A stretch of 64,000 nucleotides of DNA from Candidatus Woesebacteria bacterium (GTDB taxonomy: Bacteria; Patescibacteriota; Microgenomatia; UBA1400; MFAQ01), in assembly GCA_035389185.1 (NCBI GenBank), contig DAOORK010000001.1, positions 695,419 through 759,418 on the forward strand, in the 5' to 3' direction. The translations under genes and the position numbers were made by a program. This document shows positions 9,203 through 20,063 of this stretch, in pieces. Under the pieces are notes generated by a model that ran no database searches, was not told the origin of the DNA, and saw only the letters and a program-made list of their open reading frames with translations. The first letter of the stretch is position 1; the number at the start of each line of letters is the position of its first letter.

Positions 9203-9538
9203 ATGAAAGATTTAATCAATTACGCAGATTTTGAAAAACTAGATATTAGAGCTGGGAAGGTAATGGCCGCTTCGGCTCCTGAATGGAGCGAGAAGCTAAT
9301 TCGTTATGAGATTGATCTTGGGGACGAGATAGGGAAGAAAGTCCTTTTTAGCGGTATCAGAAAGTGGTACAACCCTGATGATTTGATAGGGAAGACACTT
9401 CCGGTAATAATAAACATGGAGCCAAAGAAAATGGGTGATGAAGAGAGTAGTGGAATGGTAATTATGGCGGATGCGGAAGAGGGGCCAAAACTTTTATTTT
9501 TGGATGAAACAATAATGCCTGGAACGGTGATAAGATAG
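9203..9538 (+). CDS. tRNA-binding domain protein (CsaA/Trbp111/EMAP-like OB fold)
   Basis: DIRAGKV...KLxxxxIDxG motif pattern typical of the MetRS C-terminal-like tRNA-binding domain. 111 aa. Confidence 0.65.
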   Translation: MKDLINYADFEKLDIRAGKVMAASAPEWSEKLIRYEIDLGDEIGKKVLFSGIRKWYNPDDLIGKTLPVIINMEPKKMGDEESSGMVIMADAEEGPKLLFLDETIMPGTVIR

Positions 9539-9550
9539 TTCGATAAATAT

Positions 9551-11419
9551 ATGGAAACAAAAAAAGTAGAGTTCAAGTTTAATCTTAATTTACGTCGATT
9601 ATTGGTTTGGTTTCTTATTTTGTTTTTATTTGTACCTTACGTTATTAATTTTCTACTCGGATCAACCGGGGCGGTAACTGAGCTTCCACTATCATCTGCA
9701 ATTTCCGAGATAAAAGCCGGAAAAGTAGAGTCGGTGGAAATTAGAGGAGATGAGTTGGTATTGGTTTACCCTAAAAATGATGAAGGTAAACAGGTAGTTG
9801 GGACTTCCAGAAAAGAAGAAGGAGCAAGTTTTATGGAAGAGTTGCAAAAGGCTGGTGTTGATGAAAGTAAAGTAAAAGTATCGGTTTTATCTCAGGATTT
9901 TAGTAAGGCGTTTTGGAATATTGCCTCTTTGGTTTTACCGATTGCCGGTTTTGGTTTATTGATGTTTTTTATTATGCGTCGTCAAGGAGGAGGGGGAGAC
10001 GTCTTTGGAATAGGCAAGAGCAAAGCTAAGTTATTTTCGAAAGGTAAACAAAACATAAAATTCAAAGATGTAGCTGGTGTTGATGAGGCCAAAAAGGAGT
10101 TAGAGGAAGTGGTTGATTTTCTTAAGAATCCGAAAAAATACGACGATTTGGGAGCACGTACTCCGAAGGGAGTATTGCTGACAGGTCCTTCAGGAGTCGG
10201 AAAAACATTAATGGCCAGAGCGGTAGCCGGGGAGGCTGGAGTACCATTTTTCTCGATGGCCGGTTCAGAGTTTATGGAGATGTTGGTGGGTGTAGGTGCC
10301 AGCCGTGTACGTGACTTGTTTGATACGGCAAAAAAAGCGGCTCCAGCAATTATTTTTATTGATGAAGTTGATGCAATTGGCAGAACGAGAGGGGTTAGCG
10401 GAGGAATGGGTGGACATGATGAGAGGGAACAGACTTTGAATCAGATTTTGGTGGAGATGGACGGTTTTACTCAAACAGATAATGTAGTGGTGATTGCCGC
10501 GACAAACAGGCCAGACGTGTTGGACCCAGCTTTGGTACGTCCAGGGCGTTTTGATAGGAGAGTTAACTTAGATTTACCAGATATTGCGGGAAGAAAAGCA
10601 ATTATCGAGATTCATCGTAAAGGAAAGCCATATGTGAAGAGACTGAATTGGAATAAAGTGGCTGAGAGTACGGTGGGTTTTTCCGGAGCCGAGCTGGAGA
10701 ATATGTTAAATGAATCAGCGATATTGGCGGCAAGAGACAATCGCAAAGAAATTCAAATGAAAGATATCGAAGAAGCAGCAATGAAGGTGAAAATGGGACC
10801 GGAAAAAAAGAGACTGCAGTCTGAACTGGAGAGAAAAATGACAGCATATCACGAGGCTGGACACGCTTTGGTAGGTCACTTATTGCCGGGAACAGATCCG
10901 ATTCACAGATTGTCGATTGTATCTCGAGGAATGGCTTTAGGTTTTACGATGAGCAGACCAAAAACAGATAAGTACCAACAGACAATGACTGAACTTTTGG
11001 ACGAGATTGCAATGTCTTTGGGAGGTAGAGCGGCAGAAAAGATCATTTTTAATGAGCTGACGGCTGGAGCTGCAAGTGATATTGAGAGAGCTACGATGCT
11101 TGCCCGCCGAATGGTAGTGGACTTTGGTATGAGTGAGTTGGGACCTGTAGCCATGGGACAGATGATGGAGGTGAATGACTGGGGATTTTCATATGGTGAT
11201 TCCGTAAGATTGTCAGAATTGACTCAAGCAAAAGTAGACAATGAAATCAAGAAGTTGGTGGATGGAGGATACCGAAGGGCGGAAACGATTTTGAGGGCTA
11301 ACAGAAAAGCCTTGGATAAGGTGGTGAATAGCCTGATGAAGGTGGAGACTCTCGAACAGGAACAATTTGAGAAATTGGTGGGGAAACCAAAGGCTTCTTT
11401 TGAAAAAAAGACAAAATGA
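9551..11419 (+). CDS. ftsH: ATP-dependent zinc metalloprotease FtsH
   Basis: N-terminal TM, AAA+ Walker A GPSGVGKT, second region of homology, and the HEAGHAL zinc-binding motif. Confidence 0.9.
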   Translation: METKKVEFKFNLNLRRLLVWFLILFLFVPYVINFLLGSTGAVTELPLSSAISEIKAGKVESVEIRGDELVLVYPKNDEGKQVVGTSRKEEGASFMEELQKAGVDESKVKVSVLSQDFSKAFWNIASLVLPIAGFGLLMFFIMRRQGGGGDVFGIGKSKAKLFSKGKQNIKFKDVAGVDEAKKELEEVVDFLKNPKKYDDLGARTPKGVLLTGPSGVGKTLMARAVAGEAGVPFFSMAGSEFMEMLVGVGASRVRDLFDTAKKAAPAIIFIDEVDAIGRTRGVSGGMGGHDEREQTLNQILVEMDGFTQTDNVVVIAATNRPDVLDPALVRPGRFDRRVNLDLPDIAGRKAIIEIHRKGKPYVKRLNWNKVAESTVGFSGAELENMLNESAILAARDNRKEIQMKDIEEAAMKVKMGPEKKRLQSELERKMTAYHEAGHALVGHLLPGTDPIHRLSIVSRGMALGFTMSRPKTDKYQQTMTELLDEIAMSLGGRAAEKIIFNELTAGAASDIERATMLARRMVVDFGMSELGPVAMGQMMEVNDWGFSYGDSVRLSELTQAKVDNEIKKLVDGGYRRAETILRANRKALDKVVNSLMKVETLEQEQFEKLVGKPKASFEKKTK

Positions 11420-12336
11420 GGAAACTGATTCTTATTGACGGAAACTCACTATTACATAGGGCATACCACGCTTTCCCTCCAACACTTACTACAGCAAAAG
11501 GAGAATTAATTAATGCGGTCTATGGATTTTCGGCGATGTTATTAACAATACTGGAGAAACTTGGACCAACGCATGTAGCCGTTGCTTGGGACGTTAAGGG
11601 GCCGACATTTAGGAAGGTAGAGTATGTTGAGTACAAAGCGCAACGTGCTCCCATGGATGATGAACTGGCTACTCAGATAGATAGAACAAAAGAAGTGGTA
11701 TCTGTGTTGAATATTCCCCAGTTTGGAATCGAAGGATATGAAGGAGATGATGTTATCGGAACGTTGGCCAGGCAAGCAACCGATGAAAAAAAAGAGAAAG
11801 ATACACAAGTAGTGATAGTGACGGCAGATAGAGATGCACTTCAATTAATTAAAGAGAAACAAATTGTGGTCTATTTACCGATTCAAAACAAAGCGTCGAT
11901 GGCTGTAGTCTTTGATGAAGATAAAGTAATGGAGACTTATGGATTTAGACCAAAACGAATCGTGGACTTGAAAAGTTTGATGGGAGATTCTTCCGACAAT
12001 ATTCCCGGGGTTAAGGGAATCGGAAAAGTGACGGCAACTAAACTGATTCTGAACTTTGAAAGTTTGGATGGAGTGTATAAAAATATTGACAGTAAAAAAA
12101 TAAGTAAGAGAGTTCGTGAAATGTTAATAGCAGACAAGGAAATGGCTTATCAAAGTTACAAACTGGCGGAGATTAACAAAGAAGCACCATTGAAAATTAA
12201 TTGGGAAGATTGTCTGCTGACTAACTATAATAAAAATAAAGCCATGGAGCTTTTTAAGGAATTAAGCTTTAATAGCTTAATTGCTCGTTTACCAAAAGAT
12301 TCTTGGGAAAAAGAAACAGAAGAGATATTTTTATGA
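11416..12336 (+). CDS. Standalone 5'-3' exonuclease (Pol I N-terminal domain-like, FEN family)
   Basis: [20 protein letters not shown] start plus H3TH region GIPGVKGIGKVTA. Only 306 aa, so it lacks polymerase domains. Confidence 0.8.
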   Translation: MRKLILIDGNSLLHRAYHAFPPTLTTAKGELINAVYGFSAMLLTILEKLGPTHVAVAWDVKGPTFRKVEYVEYKAQRAPMDDELATQIDRTKEVVSVLNIPQFGIEGYEGDDVIGTLARQATDEKKEKDTQVVIVTADRDALQLIKEKQIVVYLPIQNKASMAVVFDEDKVMETYGFRPKRIVDLKSLMGDSSDNIPGVKGIGKVTATKLILNFESLDGVYKNIDSKKISKRVREMLIADKEMAYQSYKLAEINKEAPLKINWEDCLLTNYNKNKAMELFKELSFNSLIARLPKDSWEKETEEIFL

Positions 12337-13436
12337 AAATTGCATTAGTACACGACTTTATAAAAGAGTTTGGGGGAGCAGAGAGAGTACTCCGTGTATT
12401 GGCAGATATGTTTCCGGATGCACCGATTTACACTGCCTTTCGGGTTAAGGGATCAAGCTGTGATAAAAAGTTTGCCGATAGAAAAATTGTGGAGAGCAAA
12501 TATGGTTGGCTCTTGAAAAGAGGGAACTTGTATAGTCCTTTGAGATTTTTGGCCCCTTGGGTTTGGAAGTCTTTGGACTTGTCGGGGTACGATATGGTGA
12601 TTACTTCATGCTCCTCGTATTTTGCTAGAGGTTTTAAGGTGAGACCGGAAACAAAAGTAGTGGCTTATTGCCACACACCTCCACGGTTTTTGTATGGATT
12701 TGAAATGAGCATTAATTTGATGAAGTACTGGCCAGTACGTGTTTACGCAGTGGTGGTAAACCATTTCTTGAGAATATTTGATTTGAGTTCTTCGGAAAGA
12801 GTGAATAAGTGGCTAGTGAATTCAAAGAATGTTCAACAGAGAGTGTGGAAGTATTACCGGAAAGATTCAGTAGTTGTGTACCCTCCGGTAGAAGTGGAAA
12901 AATTGATCGAAGTAAGTAAGGGAGTGGAAAAAGAGGATTATTTTTTAATTGTATCCAGGTTAGTGGGGGCAAAAGGATTAGTAGAAGCTGCCAAAGCAGC
13001 GAGACACTTGAAATTTCCATTAAAAATTGTGGGGGAGGCGGTTGGCTTTTCTCAGGTTGAAAATCAATTGAAGTCGATTGAAGGTGTCGAGTTACTGGGT
13101 GCAGTCGACGATGATAGATTAAAACAGTTGTATGCAAGAGCAAAAGGTTTCATCGCTCTTGCTAAGGAAGAAGATTTTGGAATTACTCCAGTTGAAGCAA
13201 TGGCTTCGGGAACACCGGTAATTGCATTTAAAGGAGGAGGGTTCAAGGAGACGGTTGTTGATGGGGAAACTGGTGTTTTTGTTGAAGGGACAGATGTAAA
13301 AACGCTTGAAGAGGCAATACGTCGCTTTAATAAAGTAAAGTGGGAGAAAAATAGATTGGTTGACAGAGCAAGACTGTTCTCAAAAGAAAAATTTATTAAG
13401 AGGATCAAGGAAGAAATCAAGAAAGTAAATGCCTGA
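12333..13436 (+). CDS. Glycosyltransferase family 4 (GT-B, group 1)
   Basis: C-terminal EEDFGITPVEAMASGTPVIA motif. Start taken at ATG 12333 (MKIAL) rather than 12303, which overlaps the upstream gene. Confidence 0.8.
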   Translation: MKIALVHDFIKEFGGAERVLRVLADMFPDAPIYTAFRVKGSSCDKKFADRKIVESKYGWLLKRGNLYSPLRFLAPWVWKSLDLSGYDMVITSCSSYFARGFKVRPETKVVAYCHTPPRFLYGFEMSINLMKYWPVRVYAVVVNHFLRIFDLSSSERVNKWLVNSKNVQQRVWKYYRKDSVVVYPPVEVEKLIEVSKGVEKEDYFLIVSRLVGAKGLVEAAKAARHLKFPLKIVGEAVGFSQVENQLKSIEGVELLGAVDDDRLKQLYARAKGFIALAKEEDFGITPVEAMASGTPVIAFKGGGFKETVVDGETGVFVEGTDVKTLEEAIRRFNKVKWEKNRLVDRARLFSKEKFIKRIKEEIKKVNA

Positions 13437-14277
13437 ATTGCCGGAAGTGGAGACAGTTCGTCGTCAGTTGAGTGAGACTTTGATTGGAAAAAAAATTAAA
13501 AAAATTGAGGTATCTAGGACGAAAAGTTTTAATGGAGACCCCGACAAACTAATTGATTGGCAAGTGGAAAAAGTGGGGAGAAAAGCAAAAATTATCGAGA
13601 TTTATTTTAAAAATAAAAAAGATATGCTGATTGTTCATCTGAAGATGACTGGTCAGTTGGTTTTTGTGGATGGGGACAAGAGAGTTGTGGGAGGCCATCC
13701 GACAGCGGACTGGGTAAAGGATTTGCCAAGCAAACATACAAGAGTGACGATTGGTTTTGTTGATGGAAGCAGCCTATTTTTTAATGACATGAGAGTGTTT
13801 GGCTGGATTAAGTTAACAAACAAAGAAAAGTATGAAAAGGGAATAAAGAGTATGGCTCCTGATGTTACAGAAAATGAATTTTCTTTGGATTATTTAAGTA
13901 AAATCTTAAAAAATTCAAGAAGGGCGATAAAGCTGATATTGATGGACCAGACGAAAATTGGAGGTGTTGGAAACATATATGCAAATGATGCACTTTATTT
14001 AGCTAAAGTGAGGCCGGATAGGAAAGCAAACAGCCTAACCAGTAAGGAAACAAAGAAGATTTATGAAGGTGTAAAAGAAGTAATTGCTAAGGGGATAAAA
14101 TACGGTGGTGCAAGCGCGGCAAATTATGTGGATACGAAAGGTATGGGAGGAACTTATCAAGATCATTTTCTGGTTTATAAAAAAGAGGGACAAAGATGTA
14201 AAAAGTGTGGCGAAAAAATCCAAAAAATTAAAATTGGTGGACGGGGGACTTTTTATTGTCCGGTTTGTCAAAAGTAA
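13429..14277 (+). CDS. mutM: Formamidopyrimidine-DNA glycosylase (Fpg/MutM)
   Basis: N-terminal MPELPEVE catalytic Pro2 motif, H2TH region and C-terminal zinc finger CKKCG...YCPVCQK. Confidence 0.85.
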   Translation: MPELPEVETVRRQLSETLIGKKIKKIEVSRTKSFNGDPDKLIDWQVEKVGRKAKIIEIYFKNKKDMLIVHLKMTGQLVFVDGDKRVVGGHPTADWVKDLPSKHTRVTIGFVDGSSLFFNDMRVFGWIKLTNKEKYEKGIKSMAPDVTENEFSLDYLSKILKNSRRAIKLILMDQTKIGGVGNIYANDALYLAKVRPDRKANSLTSKETKKIYEGVKEVIAKGIKYGGASAANYVDTKGMGGTYQDHFLVYKKEGQRCKKCGEKIQKIKIGGRGTFYCPVCQK

Positions 14278-14301
14278 ACAGGGTTACGGTACAATATACG
14301 C

Positions 14302-15351
14302 GTGGGATTGACAAACATTACATTATCCGATTTTAGGAATTACGAGAACAAAACTTTGGAATTTTCTAATGGAGTGACTGTAATAGCCGGGGAAAACGCC
14401 AAGGGGAAAACAAATGCATTGGAAGCGATTTATTTATTGGGAGTGGGTGAAAGTTTTAGAGCAAAGCGGACTGAAGAGATGGTGCGTTTTGGTCAGGAGT
14501 TAGGAAGGGTGTCTGGAGAGGTGGAGACGGCAAAGAACGAGACGATAGATCTGGAGGTAATTGTTAACGGGGGGATAGTGATGGGGAGAATTGTTAATAA
14601 AAGGAAGTATTTAGTTGATGGTGTGTCGAAAAGAAGAAAAGATATTCTGGGACTATTACCCTTGGTATTGTTTCGGCCTGAGGATGTGGATCTTATTAGC
14701 GGATCACCGGACATAAGAAGGAAATTTTTGGATCGACTTTTGATTCAGGTCGATAGAAGTTATGAACATAGTCTGACGACATACGATCAAGCCTTACGAA
14801 GAAGAAATAAAATTTTAGATGCCATAAGAGAGGGTAGCGCCAGTCGTTATTCCTTGGCATTTTGGGATGGACTTTTAATTAAACATGGACAAGTGATTCA
14901 GGATAAGCGACGTGAATTAATCGATTATGTTAATGGTTTGTTTGAAAAAAGTGAGTTATTTAGGAAACTAAAGATAAATTACGATATGAGTGCCGTAAGT
15001 GAGACCAGATTGGCACAGTATGCGGATGCTGAAGTGGCAATTGGATATACCCTGGTTGGTCCTCATAAGGATGATTTTGCCGTGAAAGAAGGGACGAGAG
15101 ATTTATCTGTTTATGGTTCAAGAGGGGAACAAAGAATGGCTGTTTTGGCTTTAAAAATGGGTGAGATTTATTTTCTTGAAGAAAAGTCGGGAAAGAAAGC
15201 CACTTTGTTGCTGGATGATATTTTTTCCGAACTGGATGAAAATCATAAGCAGGAAGTGCTACGGGTTATGGAAGGAAGACAGGTGATAGTGACAACGGCA
15301 GATGAGGAAGATCTAAAGTTGTTTTCCGGAGCAAATAAAATTGAGCTTTAG
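14302..15351 (+). CDS. recF: DNA replication and repair protein RecF
   Basis: N-terminal LSDFRNYE...GENAKGKTNALEAIYLL Walker A, SMC-like signature and Walker B LLLDDIFSELD. Confidence 0.85.
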   Translation: MGLTNITLSDFRNYENKTLEFSNGVTVIAGENAKGKTNALEAIYLLGVGESFRAKRTEEMVRFGQELGRVSGEVETAKNETIDLEVIVNGGIVMGRIVNKRKYLVDGVSKRRKDILGLLPLVLFRPEDVDLISGSPDIRRKFLDRLLIQVDRSYEHSLTTYDQALRRRNKILDAIREGSASRYSLAFWDGLLIKHGQVIQDKRRELIDYVNGLFEKSELFRKLKINYDMSAVSETRLAQYADAEVAIGYTLVGPHKDDFAVKEGTRDLSVYGSRGEQRMAVLALKMGEIYFLEEKSGKKATLLLDDIFSELDENHKQEVLRVMEGRQVIVTTADEEDLKLFSGANKIEL

Positions 15352-15614
15352 CGTGAACCGAGTCCTTTTTTGATTCTAGCCATTTGCAAGGCAACAACGA
15401 CAGTGATGGCGGTGATAAAAATGGCGTAAATAAAGAGTGAGATTACTCCTGATCCTTTGGCAAAGTAGGGTTTGATATAAACATCGACGTATTCGGTGAT
15501 GGCTTGGTTCCAAGCAAGGGCGGCGACCAGACCGAGCGCTGATGAGACAAGAGTGAGGGTTTGGATAGCGATTTCTTGGGAAAGTTTGTTAACCTTCTTT
15601 TTTGCAGGTTTCAT
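15348..15614 (-). CDS. Small membrane protein (2 TM), hypothetical
   Basis: 88 aa with two hydrophobic helices and a basic N-terminus. No domain recognised. Confidence 0.4.
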   Translation of the reverse strand: MKPAKKKVNKLSQEIAIQTLTLVSSALGLVAALAWNQAITEYVDVYIKPYFAKGSGVISLFIYAIFITAITVVVALQMARIKKGLGSR

Positions 15615-15650
15615 GAGGACAGTTTAGCATATTGACGATATACTGTTGGT

Positions 15651-16505
15651 ATGAAGATGAAGATATTTACAGAGAAGGACATGGCGGAATCTAAAACATT
15701 TAAGGAGATTGGAGATAAATACTCTGCCGGTCAAGTGACAATAATCGGCGGAAGTAGATTGTTCCATGGTGCTCCGGTGCTTGCATTGAAAGCGGCTTCC
15801 CGATTGGTGAGTATGACGTATTTTTCTACGCCTGACGAAAATAAAGGGGTAGCAGAAAAGATTAAAGCCTCCCTGTCGAGTTTTGTTTGGGTGGATAGAG
15901 ATGATGTGGAAAACTACATTGCAAAATCGGATGCTGTGTTGATTGGTCCTGGATTGATGAGGAGCCATGTCAAGGAGCAAGGTTTTGTATGCGACAGAGA
16001 AGGTGAAGAAACGAGGAATTTGAGCATGGCTTTATTTCGGAAGTTTGCCAACAAAAAATGGGTTGTTGATGGTGGTACTTTGCAAGTTGTGTCGGTAGAA
16101 GACATCCCAAAAGGGGCAATTATTACTCCAAACAGGAAGGAGTTTCAGATGTTGTTTGGAGAGATTCAGAGTGATAATGAAAAAGAAAGGGCGGAACAGG
16201 TCTTTCGTTTGGCTAAAAAGTGGGGCTTAGTCCTTTTGACAAAAGATGACGTATCGATTGCTAGTGATGGTAAAGATGTGTGGATGATTGGTGAAGGAAG
16301 TGAAGGGCTGGTAAAAGGAGGAATGGGGGATGTGATATCCGGATTGACAGTAGGACTCTTGGCAAAAAACGAACCATTGTATGCCGTGTGCGCGGCGTCA
16401 TTTTTGGCGAAGAAAGCGGCAAGAGAGTTGGCAGAGATACGCGGATTAATGTTTAATGCTGACGATTTGGCAGAAAAGATACCTGAGGTGTATAAGACAA
16501 AGTGA
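15651..16505 (+). CDS. ADP-dependent NAD(P)H-hydrate dehydratase (YjeF C-terminal / carbohydrate-kinase-like domain)
   Basis: GGSRLFHGAPVLALKAA plus GMGDVISGL motifs characteristic of the YjeF_C / Nnr dehydratase domain. Confidence 0.7.
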   Translation: MKMKIFTEKDMAESKTFKEIGDKYSAGQVTIIGGSRLFHGAPVLALKAASRLVSMTYFSTPDENKGVAEKIKASLSSFVWVDRDDVENYIAKSDAVLIGPGLMRSHVKEQGFVCDREGEETRNLSMALFRKFANKKWVVDGGTLQVVSVEDIPKGAIITPNRKEFQMLFGEIQSDNEKERAEQVFRLAKKWGLVLLTKDDVSIASDGKDVWMIGEGSEGLVKGGMGDVISGLTVGLLAKNEPLYAVCAASFLAKKAARELAEIRGLMFNADDLAEKIPEVYKTK

Positions 16506-16542
16506 AGTTGTTATTTTCCGCAGATGATGCGAAAATAATAGT

Positions 16543-17643
16543 GTGTTCAGCCCCAGATACATAGTTACAAATAAGACTCTAAGAAGTATTATTGAGTTTG
16601 AAAAAGCGTGCCTTGTGGTGAGTATGGCACCAATTCAGAACGAGTGGGAGTTGAAGCTAAAGCAGGAAGCTTTGGTGAGAAGAATAAACTCGGTTTTAAG
16701 ATTCACCGATAATCGTTTGGATGTAGATGATGTGGCAAAGATAGTAAAGGATGATCCGGGGAGAGATGACAAACCGACTCAGGTGGCTTTGCGATCTGGA
16801 GTGGTAGCTAAGGAAAAAGATTTACAAGCGGCTATTAACTGGCTTAACGCTAATAAGTTAATGGAACAGACGGCATATCTCTCGAAGAAATTTAAGCAAG
16901 GTGCTTTTGAGACAAAGGACCTGGAATCACTGAACTCTCTTTTGGGAGAAAGAATTGTTTTGTCGACTACGTTAGGAAAATACAGAGAGGAGTCGTGTGA
17001 CGATTTGAAAGAGTTGGCGTTTCCTCCTTCTGTGGAGGTGTCATACCAAATGGAAGATCTTTTTATTTGGTTTAAAGGAGCAGGAAAATTGGATACACAT
17101 CCTTTTATCAAAGCGGGGACAATGTTGTTTGAAATTTTAAGAATAAGACCATTTGTGGCAAACAATGTTTTGACAGGATTGCTTTTTTTCGACTTAATAT
17201 TGTTAAGTGAGGGGTTGGAAACGAAAGGTATGTTAGCAGTTGAAGAGGAAATCCTGAAGAATAAACAAAAGTTTGTCGAGATTGTTGGGACTACGATAGA
17301 GAGCGGTGATTTAACCGGTTGGTTTGAGTATTTGTCAGCAGCAATTTTTGCTTCAGCTGAAAAAACCAGAACGAAGGTACTTAACCTGGTTGGAGATGGA
17401 CCAATTTTCAAAACAGAGGCGGGGAAGGCAATATCTTTGTCGGAAAGACAGATTGCCATTATGGAAGAAATGACGATTCGCAACGAAATGACAATTAAAG
17501 AAATTAGAGCTGTTTTGCCAATGATTTCCGATGATACAATTTTGCGTGATTTGAAAGACTTGATGATAAAGAAATTGATTAGGAAAAAAGGAAAGACAAA
17601 AGGGGCGGTATATGTATTGGGGAAGGTGAAGGGGTTTAAATAA
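16543..17643 (+). CDS. Fic/Fido-like protein with degenerate core motif and C-terminal winged-helix DNA-binding domain
   Basis: HPF at the expected core position, but the GNGR portion is not conserved (HPFIKAGTMLFEIL). The C-terminal region resembles the Fic-associated wHTH. The true start may be the internal ATG at 16624. Confidence 0.4.
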   Translation: MFSPRYIVTNKTLRSIIEFEKACLVVSMAPIQNEWELKLKQEALVRRINSVLRFTDNRLDVDDVAKIVKDDPGRDDKPTQVALRSGVVAKEKDLQAAINWLNANKLMEQTAYLSKKFKQGAFETKDLESLNSLLGERIVLSTTLGKYREESCDDLKELAFPPSVEVSYQMEDLFIWFKGAGKLDTHPFIKAGTMLFEILRIRPFVANNVLTGLLFFDLILLSEGLETKGMLAVEEEILKNKQKFVEIVGTTIESGDLTGWFEYLSAAIFASAEKTRTKVLNLVGDGPIFKTEAGKAISLSERQIAIMEEMTIRNEMTIKEIRAVLPMISDDTILRDLKDLMIKKLIRKKGKTKGAVYVLGKVKGFK

Positions 17644-17674
17644 TTTCTATTGATTATGCTCACAGGAGGAAGCT

Positions 17675-19402
17675 GTGGGTTACAATGTGATTATGATATT
17701 TAAGGAATTTGCAGAGTACTTGGAAAAACTGGAGAAGATTTCATCGAGGTTGGCAATTACCGAGGTGTTGGCGGAGTTGATCGTAAAGATGAGTGTAAAG
17801 GAAACTGATAAAGGCATCTACTTGGTACTGGGACGTCTTGGGCCGGATTTTGATAATCAAGAGTTTGGAATGGCGACAAAAATGGTGTTGAGATCTGTAG
17901 CTATTGGTGTCGGGAAACCGGTTGAAGAAGTAACGAGAATGTATAAACAGAAAGGTGACTTGGGGGTGTTGGTTGAAGGAATGACTTTTGTTGAAGAAAG
18001 AAACACTAAGCCAACCATAGATATGGTTTATGATTTTTTGTTGGAAATGGCTAAGGATAATGGTCAGGGAAGTCAAGAAAGAAAAGTTAACGATTTGGTG
18101 GAGATATGGCAGAGAGTGAGTCCGTTAGAAAGGAAGTTTGTAGCAAGGATGGTTGTTGGGAAATTACGTCTCGGATTTTCGGCCAAAACAATTTTTGATG
18201 CACTATCTCAAATGGAAAGCGGAAGTAAAACCTTACGTAAAGAGTTGGATTCTGTATTTCAGATATACCCAGATCCTGGTCATATTACAGCGGTTGTTAA
18301 AGAGAAAGGAATGGATGGCTTGAAAGATATAAAAGTTGAGGTGGGAGTGCCAGTAGTGCCAGCACTATGTCAGAGACTTAACGAATATGATGAGATTGTA
18401 AGAAAGATGAAGGATCTAGTGGTTGAGAGAAAATATGATGGAACGAGGTTACAAATTCACTTTAATAGACTAAAGAATGAGATAAAAACATATACCAGGA
18501 ATCTGGAAGAGAATAGCTGGATGTTCCCTGAACTTGAGGAAATGGGGAAGTGGATTAAGGGCGATCAGGTGATCATGGATTGTGAGGCGGTTGGGTATGA
18601 CAAAAAAACACAAAAGGTAGTACCTTTCCAGTTGACGATGACCCGTAAACGAAAACACAATATTGGGAATGCTGCCGAAGCGGTGCCAATTAGATTTTTT
18701 ACTTTTGATATTTTGAACAAAGATGGCGAAAGCCTTATTAACAAGTCGTATTTTGAGAGAAGGAAAATATTGGCGGAAACGGTCAAAATTAACGACGTAA
18801 TTGTGGTGGACGAGTATGTAAGGGTGGATGAACCGAGTGAAGTGATGAAATATCATCGACAATATTTACTAGAGGGTTATGAGGGCGCAGTGATGAAGAT
18901 GTGGAATGGAAAATATCTTCCAGGTAGACAGGGATGGAATTGGGTGAAAATCAAGGAAGTAGAAGGGACTTCCGGAAAACTGTCAGATACCTTGGACTTG
19001 GTTGTTTTGGGATATTACTACGGAAGAGGAAAGAGAACCGGTTTTGGTATTGGAGCATTTTTGGTTGGTTTGATGAGAAATAATAAGTGGATATCTTTGG
19101 CAAAAATCGGCACAGGATTGACCGATGAAGAGTTCAAAACGTTGAGGACAAAATTGGATGGGATTGAGTTAAAAGAAAAACCTGAAGACTACGATGTTTC
19201 GGGAACACTTTTGGCTGATGTTTGGGTGGAACCAAAAATTGTGGTTGAAGTGGCGGCTGATGAGGTTACTCAAAGTTCGGTACATGCGGCGGGAATTGCT
19301 TTGAGATTTCCACGGCTTGTTAGATTTCGCGAAGATAAGGGGATTAATCAGACAACCACATGGAAAGAGGTTGAACAGATTGCCAAAATATCTAAAGGAT
19401 AA
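17675..19402 (+). CDS. ATP-dependent DNA ligase (DBD + adenylation + OB domains)
   Basis: Adenylation motif I ERKYDGTR. The 575-aa length and domain order resemble archaeal/eukaryal-type ATP-dependent ligases. Confidence 0.85.
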   Translation: MGYNVIMIFKEFAEYLEKLEKISSRLAITEVLAELIVKMSVKETDKGIYLVLGRLGPDFDNQEFGMATKMVLRSVAIGVGKPVEEVTRMYKQKGDLGVLVEGMTFVEERNTKPTIDMVYDFLLEMAKDNGQGSQERKVNDLVEIWQRVSPLERKFVARMVVGKLRLGFSAKTIFDALSQMESGSKTLRKELDSVFQIYPDPGHITAVVKEKGMDGLKDIKVEVGVPVVPALCQRLNEYDEIVRKMKDLVVERKYDGTRLQIHFNRLKNEIKTYTRNLEENSWMFPELEEMGKWIKGDQVIMDCEAVGYDKKTQKVVPFQLTMTRKRKHNIGNAAEAVPIRFFTFDILNKDGESLINKSYFERRKILAETVKINDVIVVDEYVRVDEPSEVMKYHRQYLLEGYEGAVMKMWNGKYLPGRQGWNWVKIKEVEGTSGKLSDTLDLVVLGYYYGRGKRTGFGIGAFLVGLMRNNKWISLAKIGTGLTDEEFKTLRTKLDGIELKEKPEDYDVSGTLLADVWVEPKIVVEVAADEVTQSSVHAAGIALRFPRLVRFREDKGINQTTTWKEVEQIAKISKG

Positions 19403-19413
19403 GGTATTATTGA

Positions 19414-20049
19414 ATGATGGAAATCGTTAAATACATTATAGATTTGTTTTTGCATGTTGATAAAAATTTGGTTGCGATAATTTCACAATACGGAACTTTG
19501 ACTTATGGTTTATTGTTCTTTGTGATCTTTATGGAAACTGGTTTGGTAGTGACTCCTTTTTTACCTGGGGATTCGCTACTATTCGCCGCAGGTGCTTTGG
19601 CGGCGATGGGATCGATGAAAATTGGACTCTTGTTTTTATTGATGGTCGTGGCGGCTATTTTGGGAGATACAGTAAATTATTGGATTGGACATAAAATTGG
19701 GCGAGGGGTGTTTGAAAAAGGAAGTAGATTTTTCAAAAAAGAATATTTGGAAGAGGCGGAAGCTTTTTATGCAAAACACGGAGGTGCAGCAATCTTTTTG
19801 GGTCGTTTTGTACCGATAGTAAGAACTTTTGTTCCGTTTGTGGCTGGAGTAAGTGAGATGAGCTACAAACACTTTATTACCTACAATATCGTTGGTGGAC
19901 TGTCTTGGGTAACACTTTTTTTGATGGGTGGATTTCTGTTTGGCAATATTCCTTTTGTTAAGGAAAATTTCCATTATGTGGTTGTGTTGATTGTTTTGAT
20001 TTCGGTGGTACCAATTCTTTGGGGGGTGATAAAAAAGAGGAAGAAGTGA
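19414..20049 (+). CDS. DedA/SNARE-associated family membrane protein
   Basis: VVTPFLPGDSLLFAAGALAA motif and multi-TM topology typical of DedA. Confidence 0.8.
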   Translation: MMEIVKYIIDLFLHVDKNLVAIISQYGTLTYGLLFFVIFMETGLVVTPFLPGDSLLFAAGALAAMGSMKIGLLFLLMVVAAILGDTVNYWIGHKIGRGVFEKGSRFFKKEYLEEAEAFYAKHGGAAIFLGRFVPIVRTFVPFVAGVSEMSYKHFITYNIVGGLSWVTLFLMGGFLFGNIPFVKENFHYVVVLIVLISVVPILWGVIKKRKK

Positions 20050-20063
20050 TGCTAAAATGAGTT

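Noticed and set aside
16779-17663. 294-aa minus-strand ORF
   Set aside because: It lies antisense to the Fic-like gene. Its translation is low-complexity and hydrophobic with no motifs, typical of a shadow ORF.
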